DNA of 33,231 nucleotides from a virus (Duplodnaviria; Heunggongvirae; Uroviricota; Caudoviricetes): IMG/VR virus record IMGVR_UViG_2874956758_000003; one strand, 5' to 3'. Shown piece by piece: positions 26,700 to 33,231 of this stretch (position 1 is its first letter; each line of letters starts with the position of its first letter). The notes under the pieces were generated by a model. It saw only the letters and a program-made list of their open reading frames with translations, ran no database searches and was not told where the DNA came from. The position numbers and the translations under genes were made by a program.

Positions 26700-27095
26700 A
26701 TGCAAGTTACAGCTCTTGGTAGGTTCTTACGGAAAATCCGTATTGATAAAGATCAGATATTGAAAGACATGGCAGAAAAACTTGGTGTGAGTGTCGCTCA
26801 ACTTTCTGCAATTGAATTAGGTAAGCGTTCAATATCTGCTGATTTTGTAGACAAATTCATGAACGTTTATGCAGACACAGTCATCAGCAGAGATGATTTT
26901 CAATGTCTGGTGGACGTATCTCAACCAGTTCATAAAGAAGATTTTAAGAATACTTCTTGCAAGCACCGAGAATTGTTCGTCACCTTTGCGCGTAAGTATA
27001 AAGAGCTTCCAGAAAGTGAAGCAAATGACTGGCTTGAGAAGATAAAAAAATGTAAGGTCAAAGTCAAAGATGAAACAAAAGCGATTACTGTGTAA
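26700..27095 (+). CDS. XRE-family helix-turn-helix transcriptional regulator with a C-terminal domain of unknown function
   Basis: 131 aa; strong RBS AGGAGG; N-terminal HTH ...LRKIRIDKDQILKDMAEKLGVSVAQLSAIELGKRSIS...; ~70-aa C-terminal extension. Confidence 0.75.
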   Translation: MQVTALGRFLRKIRIDKDQILKDMAEKLGVSVAQLSAIELGKRSISADFVDKFMNVYADTVISRDDFQCLVDVSQPVHKEDFKNTSCKHRELFVTFARKYKELPESEANDWLEKIKKCKVKVKDETKAITV

Positions 27096-27243
27096 TAAAG
27101 TAAATTTTATTGCTCCTCAAACCATATGGAAAGTTGCTGCCGCCGCGCGCCAAAAAGCAAGGTAGTATCTCCCAGCGACATCGGATCCTTCAATTGACAT
27201 TGTTAGGTTATTAGACAGGCTAAACGATACCGGTGCAATTTCG

Positions 27244-27627
27244 ATGGAAATTTGTGAAATTCATGAAATGCCGCATGAGTATGCTAAGGCAAGACCTGCA
27301 TTAGGCGAGTTATACGTACGTAAAGACACTTACATTAATGCAGCAAACGGCGTACCACGTGATCGTTTTACTCTGGCTCACGAATTAGGGCATTTAATTC
27401 TTCATGCGGATGTTACGCCTGAATTTGCTTTCTCACAGACATCCTCCAATCATGACTTTAGAGAGGACGCAGAATGGCAAGCAAACGAATTTGCCGCTTG
27501 GTTCTTGGTTGATCCGCAAGAGAAAGAGATGATCAAAACCCCAAAAGAAATTGCTGTTAACTCCAAAGTTAGCCATGAAGTCGCAGGGATCTTGTGGAGG
27601 AAATTTCGTGAAAACCAGATCATTTAA
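27244..27627 (+). CDS. ImmA/IrrE-family (COG2856-like) zinc metallopeptidase, short form
   Basis: 127 aa; HEXXH motif HELGHLILH followed ~30 residues later by EWQANEFAAWFLV (third zinc-ligand region typical of ImmA-like proteases). Confidence 0.7.
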   Translation: MEICEIHEMPHEYAKARPALGELYVRKDTYINAANGVPRDRFTLAHELGHLILHADVTPEFAFSQTSSNHDFREDAEWQANEFAAWFLVDPQEKEMIKTPKEIAVNSKVSHEVAGILWRKFRENQII

Positions 27628-27628
27628 T

Positions 27629-27656
27629 CGGCAAAAGAGCGCCAACTCTTTTGCCG
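27629..27656 (+). terminator. perfect 11-bp-stem hairpin immediately after the peptidase gene (terminator-like, no U tract)
   Basis: CGGCAAAAGAG-CGCCAA-CTCTTTTGCCG starting 2 nt after the stop codon; followed by ATAAGG, not a U-run. Confidence 0.4.
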
Positions 27657-27788
27657 ATAAGGATAACGATTCTGAGAGCTTACTCACCGCTCTTAGAGCA
27701 TCACTACCCGCCTACTTAATGATTCACACCTTTAGTGTAGGCGTTTTGGTGATGACTTGTAAAGGTGAGATTTACAGGAAATCAAACC

Positions 27789-27884
27789 ATGACTACAGAA
27801 ATGAACGCCAAAGGCGAAGAAGTTGTGATTGTGTTTACCCCGTACATTACTCGTGGTGGTAAACGTATTTTTAAGAAAGATGGT
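27789..27884 (+). pseudogene. 5' fragment (32 codons) of an unknown gene truncated by the IS30 left end
   Basis: ATG 27789 with AGGA 8 nt upstream; MTTEMNAKGEEVVIVFTPYITRGGKRIFKKDG then the IS30 terminus at 27885. Confidence 0.3.
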
Positions 27885-29106
27885 TGTAGATTCAATTGGT
27901 CAACGCAACAGTTATGTGAAAACATGGGGTTGCGGAGGTTTTTTGAATGAGACGAACATTTACAGCAGAGGAAAAAGCCTCTGTTTTTGAACTATGGAAG
28001 AACGGAACAGGCTTCAGTGAAATAGCGAATATCCTGGGTTCAAAACCCGGAACGATCTTCACTATGTTAAGGGATACTGGCGGCATAAAACCCCATGAGC
28101 GTAAGCGGGCTGTAGCTCACCTGACACTGTCTGAGCGCGAGGAGATACGAACTGGTTTCGTCAGCCAAAATGAGCATTCGTGCGATAGCTACTGCGCTGA
28201 ATCGCAGTCCTTCGACGATCTCACGTGAAGTTCAGCGTAATCGGGGCAGACGCTATTACAAAGCTGTTGATGCTAATAACCGAGCCAACAGAATGGCGAA
28301 AAGGCCAAAACCGTGCTTACTGGATCAAAATTTACCATTGCGAAAGCTTGTTCTGGAAAAGCTGGAGATGAAATGGTCTCCAGAGCAAATATCAGGATGG
28401 TTAAGGCGAACAAAACCACGTCAAAAAACGCTGCGAATATCACCTGAGACAATTTATAAAACGCTGTACTTTCGTAGCCGTGAAGCGCTACACCACCTGA
28501 ATATACAGCATCTGCGACGGTCGCATAGCCTTCGCCATGGCAGGCGTCATACCCGCAAAGGCGAAAGAGGTACGATTAACATAGTGAACGGAACACCAAT
28601 TCACGAACGTTGCCGAAATATCGATAACAGACGCTCTCTGGGACATTGGGAGGGCGATTTAGTCTCAGGTACAAAAAACTCTCATATAGCCACACTTGTA
28701 GACCGAAAATCACGTTATACGATCATCCTTAGACTCAGGGGCAAAGATTCTGTCTCAGTAAATCAGGCTCTTACCGACAAATTCCTGAGTTTACCGTCAG
28801 AACTCAGAAAATCACTGACATGGGACAGAGGAATGGAACTGGCCAGACATCTAGAATTTACTGTCAGCACCGGCGTTAAAGTTTACTTCTGCGATCCTCA
28901 GAGTCCTTGGCAGCGGGGAACAAATGAGAACACAAATGGGCTAATTCGGCAGTACTTTCCTAAAAAGACATGTCTTGCCCAATATACTCAACATGAACTA
29001 GATCTGGTTGCTGCTCAGCTAAACAACAGACCGAGAAAGACACTGAAGTTCAAAACACCGAAAGAGATAATTGAAAGGGGTGTTGCATTGACAGATTGAA
29101 TCTACA
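27885..29106 (+). mobile_element. IS30 (1222 bp; 1-bp insertion relative to copy 1)
   Basis: Same inverted repeats as copy 1; the right end joins IS600 at the identical junction, the left end joins unique DNA. Confidence 0.85.
27947..29099 (+). pseudogene. IS30 transposase inactivated by a +1 frameshift
   Basis: Track ORFs 27947-28228 and 28170-29099 together cover the 383-aa transposase; relative to copy 1 there is a 1-bp insertion near codon 70 (GAGCTGGTTTGTCAGCC vs GAACTGGTTTCGTCAGCC). Confidence 0.85.
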
Positions 29107-30045
29107 ACAGCGTATTTTGCACAGGAGTCGCTGAAAAATACGCGTTAATCGAACAATGGCGACAACAATTTCCCATTGAAGCGATGTGTCAGGTATTTGG
29201 TGTATCCAGGAGCGGTTATTACAACTGGGTACAGCATGAACCCTCAGACAGAAAACAAAGTGATGAGCGGCTAAAACTGGAGATTAAGGTGGCACATATC
29301 CGCACTCGCGAAACATATGGAACCCGGCGGCTCCAGACGGAGCTGGCAGAGAATGGCATCATCGTTGGTCGTGACCGACTGGCACGTCTTCGTAAGGAGC
29401 TAAGGCTACGCTGTAAGCAGAAACGCAAGTTCAGAGCGACTACGAACTCGAACCACAATCTGCCAGTTGCGCCAAATCTGCTGAACCAGACGTTCGCTCC
29501 TACAGCACCAAATCAGGTCTGGGTGGCGGACCTGACGTATGTTGCCACACAGGAGGGATGGTTGTACCTCGCTGGCATCAAAGATGTTTATACGTGCGAA
29601 ATTGTCGGCTACGCCATGGGAGAGCGCATGACAAAAGAGCTGACAGGTAAAGCCCTGTTTATGGCGCTCAGGAGCCAGCGCCCACCTGCCGGGCTAATCC
29701 ACCACACCGTTCGAGGTTCACAGTACTGCGCATACGATTACCGGGTCATACAGGAGCAGTCTGGTCTGAAAACATCAATGTCGCGTAAAGGTAACTGTTA
29801 CGACAACGCTCCGATGGAAAGCTTCTGGGGAACGCTGAAAAATGAGAGCCTGAGCCACTATCGTTTTAATAACCGGGATGAAGCCATCTCAGTAATACGG
29901 GAATACATTGAGATTTTCTACAATCGTCAGCGTCGTCACTCTCGTCTGGGGAATATCTCCCCGGCAGCCTTCAGGGAAAAATATCATCAGATGGCTGCTT
30001 AAAAAAAGAACAAATGGTAGTGTCCGCTATTGCCAGTACACCTCA
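29107..30045 (+). mobile_element. IS600, 3' portion only, copy 3 (divergent variant)
   Basis: Begins at the IS30/IS600 junction, ends with the IS600 right terminus CCTCA at 30045. Confidence 0.8.
29184..30002 (+). CDS. IS600 OrfB transposase, divergent variant with HTVRG motif
   Basis: 272 aa; differs from copy 1 at ~8 residues in positions 75-135 and at the DDE-motif segment (HTVRGSQY). Confidence 0.8.
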   Translation: MCQVFGVSRSGYYNWVQHEPSDRKQSDERLKLEIKVAHIRTRETYGTRRLQTELAENGIIVGRDRLARLRKELRLRCKQKRKFRATTNSNHNLPVAPNLLNQTFAPTAPNQVWVADLTYVATQEGWLYLAGIKDVYTCEIVGYAMGERMTKELTGKALFMALRSQRPPAGLIHHTVRGSQYCAYDYRVIQEQSGLKTSMSRKGNCYDNAPMESFWGTLKNESLSHYRFNNRDEAISVIREYIEIFYNRQRRHSRLGNISPAAFREKYHQMAA

Positions 30046-31200
30046 GAACACGGTGCGTATTTGTTGCTGATGTTCAATTACTGGCAAACAGGAAAGCCAA
30101 TACCCAAAAACAGGCTGGCAAAAATTGCTCGTCTAACTAACGAGCGATGGGCTGATGTGGAACAATCCTTGCGGGAGTTTTTTTGCGATAACGGCGAGGA
30201 ATGGGTGCATCTTCGGATTGAGCGCGACCTTAAAAATATCGTTTCAGCGCCAAGAGGGAAGAAATTACCAGATGGAGAAAATTTATCTGGATACAGGGGC
30301 TACGTTTATTTCGTGACCAGTACGGAAATGGATACTGTGAAGATCGGATATTCAAAAAATCCTTGGGCAAGGCTTGGAGAACTACGACGTAGCTACGGTA
30401 GTAATCTTAGCGTAGTAGCTACGATAAAAACCGTAGAAAAATCGGAATCATCAATTCATGCATTGCTATCTGATTATCGAGTTAATGGTGAATGGTTTGT
30501 TAAGAGTGAGTGTATTAAATCGTTAATAACACAAATCGTAGAAGGAAAAATAACTACTGTAGAAGCTACGAATAACTACGTTAGCAACTACGAAGTAGTT
30601 ACTACGACAACTACAAATACAGATACAGATCTAAAAGAATTAAACCCCACACATAACGCGCGCGTGCGCGAGAGTGCTCCGACCAGTGAGTCGAATAGTG
30701 CGCCATCGCAGGCAACGGAGCCCGGATATCTGGACGGCATGAGCGAACCCATCGGGAAATTTCCGATGACCGATGGCTGGCATCCGTCGCTGGATTTTCG
30801 ACGGCGGGCTGCACTGTGGGGAGTGGCTCTGCCGGAGCCGGAATTTACACCTGCTGAACTTGCCGCCTTCCGGGACTACTGGGCAGCGGAGGGGAAAGTT
30901 TTCACGCAGGTTCAGTGGGAGCAGAAATTCGCCCGTCACGTAAATCACGTCAGGGCGCAGGTTAAACCAGTCAGCAAGGGGGTGAGCCATGCAGCAGCGC
31001 CAGGTGGCACCGCATCACGGGCAGTTCAGGAAATTCGGGCAGCACGTGAGCAGTGGGAACGTGAAAACGGATTTATCAGCGACGGAAACGGCGTGGAAGC
31101 TGTGGGAACTCATGGGGGAGGTTTATTCGAACCGCTGGACCCGGAAGAACGGGGCCGCACCTTCGAAGCTCTGGATTGCACAGATTGGCGCGATGACTGA
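30046..31200 (+). pseudogene. replication initiator O-like gene (DUF1376-like / T5orf172-like / DnaT-like), 5'-truncated by IS600
   Basis: Frame is open from inside IS600 (track start 29908), so the native start is lost. Motifs: [20 protein letters not shown] (DUF1376-like), [31 protein letters not shown] and [16 protein letters not shown] (T5orf172-like), [13 protein letters not shown]...[21 protein letters not shown] (DnaT-like). Confidence 0.55.
30383..30607. repeat. two clusters of CTACG/CGTAG pentamer repeats flanking an AT-rich stretch (candidate ori iterons)
   Basis: Six copies in 30383-30437 and five in 30538-30607, separated by ~100 bp of AT-rich DNA, all inside the O-like coding region. 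Confidence 0.45.
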
Positions 31201-31654
31201 GCAGCAAATCCGGCAGGTCTGCCGCCAGTGCATGGACCGCTGCCGGGCGGGCGAAACATGGCCTCCTGACCTGGCTGAGTTTGTGGCACTGATTTCGGAA
31301 AGCGGAGCCAATCCATTCGGTCTGACGGTGGATGCCGTGATGGAGGAGTTCCGCCGCTGGCGCAATGAGTCCTGGCGATACGACGGAAGTGATAAGTACC
31401 CGTGGTCTCAGCCTGTGCTGTATCACATTTGCCTCGAGATGCGTTCAAAGGGGGTTGAGCGCCAGATGACCGAAGGGGAGTTAAAACGACTTGCAGAACG
31501 GCAGCTGACGAAATGGGCGAAGCATGTTGGCATGGGCCTGAGTGTTCCGCCAGTCCGGCGGCAACTGGCAGCACCAAAACGCCCGTCGGGGCCAACACCA
31601 ATTGAGTTGCTGAAACAGGAATATGAACGCCGGAAAGCGGCTGGTTTTGTTTGA
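30989..31654 (+). CDS. lambda P-like replication protein (helicase loader)
   Basis: 221 aa; RBS AAGGGGG; region ...[36 protein letters not shown]...[21 protein letters not shown]...[21 protein letters not shown] parallels lambda P (...SPGQFVAWCREEA...YPWKSNAHYWLV...LTDAELRRKAADELV..., from memory). Overlaps the O-like frame by 212 bp. Confidence 0.6.
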   Translation: MQQRQVAPHHGQFRKFGQHVSSGNVKTDLSATETAWKLWELMGEVYSNRWTRKNGAAPSKLWIAQIGAMTEQQIRQVCRQCMDRCRAGETWPPDLAEFVALISESGANPFGLTVDAVMEEFRRWRNESWRYDGSDKYPWSQPVLYHICLEMRSKGVERQMTEGELKRLAERQLTKWAKHVGMGLSVPPVRRQLAAPKRPSGPTPIELLKQEYERRKAAGFV

Positions 31655-31687
31655 GTTGATAAGTAATTTTACCGGGAGGAAATTTTA

Positions 31688-32314
31688 ATGGAAACTGTTT
31701 TTGACGCACTGAAAGCAATGGGAAAAGCCACATCCATAGAACTTGCTGCGCGACTTGATATCAGTCGTGAAGAAGTGCTGAACGAACTATGGGAACTGAA
31801 AAAGGCTGGTTTTGTTGATAAAAGCGCGTACACCTGGCGTGTGGCTGATAACAACGTTCAGCAGGAACAGCCAGCGCAGGCAGAACTGCCGGAAGAAACC
31901 ACCACAGCAACAGTAGCGAAAATCTCAGAGTGCGATTTAACCGCGACGATTGAACAACGCGGACCACAAACGGCTGATGAGCTGGCTACATTGTTTGGTA
32001 CCACATCACGCAAAGTGGCTTCAACGCTGGCAATGGCAATCAGCAAAGGTCGTCTGATTCGCGTAAATCAGGGCGGTAAATTTCGTTACTGCATACCGGG
32101 CGATAATTTACCAGCAGAGCCGAAAGCAGCATCGGTAGCGGAAACTGATGGTAAGGCCTTTCCTCAGCCCGCAGGTGTTGCATTACCAGTACAGGAGGCT
32201 GCAACACAGGAAGATATTAAAACAGAAACGGTGGCGGACATTGTGCAGTCGCTGCCATTGTTCCCCGAAACGCGAGCGGATGACCTGGTTTTACCATCGC
32301 TGCATATGGCAAAC
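31688..32314 (+). pseudogene. phage winged-helix protein (DUF1627-like?), 3' end truncated by IS2
   Basis: ATG 31688 with GGGAGGA RBS; N-terminal wHTH-like [43 protein letters not shown]; reading frame runs into the IS2 terminus at 32315. Confidence 0.4.
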
Positions 32315-33231
32315 TGGATTTGCCCCTATATTTCCAGACATCTGTTATCACTTAACCCATTACAAGCCCGCTGCCGCAGATATTCCCGTGGCGAGCGATA
32401 ACCCAGCGCACTATGCGGATGCCATTCGTTATAATGCTCGAACGCCTCTGCAAGGTTCTTTGCTGCCGTTAACCCGTCTGGTTTGGGCATGATACTGATG
32501 TAGTCACGCTTTATCGTTTTCACGAAGCTCTCTGCTATTCCGTTACTCTCCGGACTCCGCACCGCCGTGTTCTTCGGTTCAAGTCCCAACATCCGGGCGA
32601 ACTGGCGTGTTTCATTAGCCCGGTAGCATGAACCATTATCCGTCAGCCACTCCACTGGAGACGACGGAAGATCGTTGCCGAAGCGGCGTTCCACCGCTCC
32701 CAGCATGACGTCCTGTACTGTTTCACTGTTGAAGCCGCCGGTAGTCACCGCCCAGTGCAGTGCCTCACGATCACAGCAGTCCAGCGCGAACGTGACACGC
32801 AGTCTCTCTCCGTTATCACAGCAGAACTCGAACCCGTCAGAGCACCATCGCTGATTGCTTTCTTTCACGGCCACTCTGCCTGTATGTGCCCGTTTCGATG
32901 GCGGTACAGCAGGTTTTCGCTCAAGCAACAGCGCATTCTGGCGCATGATCCGGTAAACACGTTTGGCATTGATCGCAGGCATACCATCAAGTTCTGCCTG
33001 TCTGCGAAGCAGCGCCCATACCCGACGATAACCATACGTGGGCAGCTCTCCGATAACATGGTGTATACGGAGAAGCACATCCGTATCATCAGTGTGACGA
33101 CTGCGGCGGCCATCCATCCAGTCATCGGTTCGTCTGAGAATGACGTGCAACTGCGCACGCGACACCCGGAGACAACGGCTGACTAAGCTTACTCCCCATC
33201 CCCGGGCAATAAGGGCGCGTGCGCTATCCAC
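32315..33231 (-). mobile_element. IS2, copy 3, inverted relative to copies 1 and 2; runs off the window edge
   Basis: Right terminus TGGATTTGCCCCTAT at 32315 (reverse complement of ATAGGGGCAAATCCA); the 917 bp present match the 3' part of IS2. Confidence 0.9.
32326..33231 (-). CDS. insD: IS2 OrfB transposase (InsD)
   Basis: 301-aa product identical to the other two copies; GTG start at the last three bases of the window. Confidence 0.85.

Noticed and set aside
29908-30045. N-terminal 46 codons of the 430-aa track ORF as genuine O-like coding sequence
   Set aside because: These codons are IS600 terminus sequence read in an arbitrary frame; the native 5' end of the replication gene is missing.
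31076-31733. Minus-strand ORFs (80-207 aa) antisense to the P-like gene
   Set aside because: Arg/Pro-rich low-complexity products antisense to a gene with recognisable homology.

Overview
This 33.2-kb window looks like a Shigella/EIEC-type chromosomal ipaH island: core genes (a yebW-like ORF and pphA) at the left edge, an ipaH effector gene with a perfect MxiE box, and then a lambdoid (Rac/Qin-like) prophage heavily degraded by insertion sequences. All calls rest on reading the sequence and on motifs recalled from memory; no database search was run. By my coordinates about 12.5 kb (38%) is IS DNA: three IS2, three IS600 remnants that all carry the same IS30 insertion junction, two IS30 bodies, one IS66-family and one IS5-family element. 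Surviving phage modules on the minus strand are side tail fibre plus a Tfa-like gene, portal/TerL/TerS, a trkG moron, an S21-like pinholin / SAR endolysin / Rz-Rz1 lysis cassette (Rz split by IS2), four tRNA genes, a Q-like antiterminator with flanking terminators, YbcO-like and DUF1367-like genes, and a HokD-like type I toxin. On the plus strand are an XRE-HTH + ImmA-like peptidase pair and a replication module (O-like, P-like, wHTH protein) cut at both ends by IS600 and IS2. The best candidates for something not yet described are the HTH/ImmA pair whose downstream gene is cut by IS30, and the O-like initiator with a T5orf172-like insert and in-gene CTACG repeat clusters. I found no CRISPR array and no rRNA. 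Coordinates of IS ends and small RNA features are hand-derived and may be off by a few bp.
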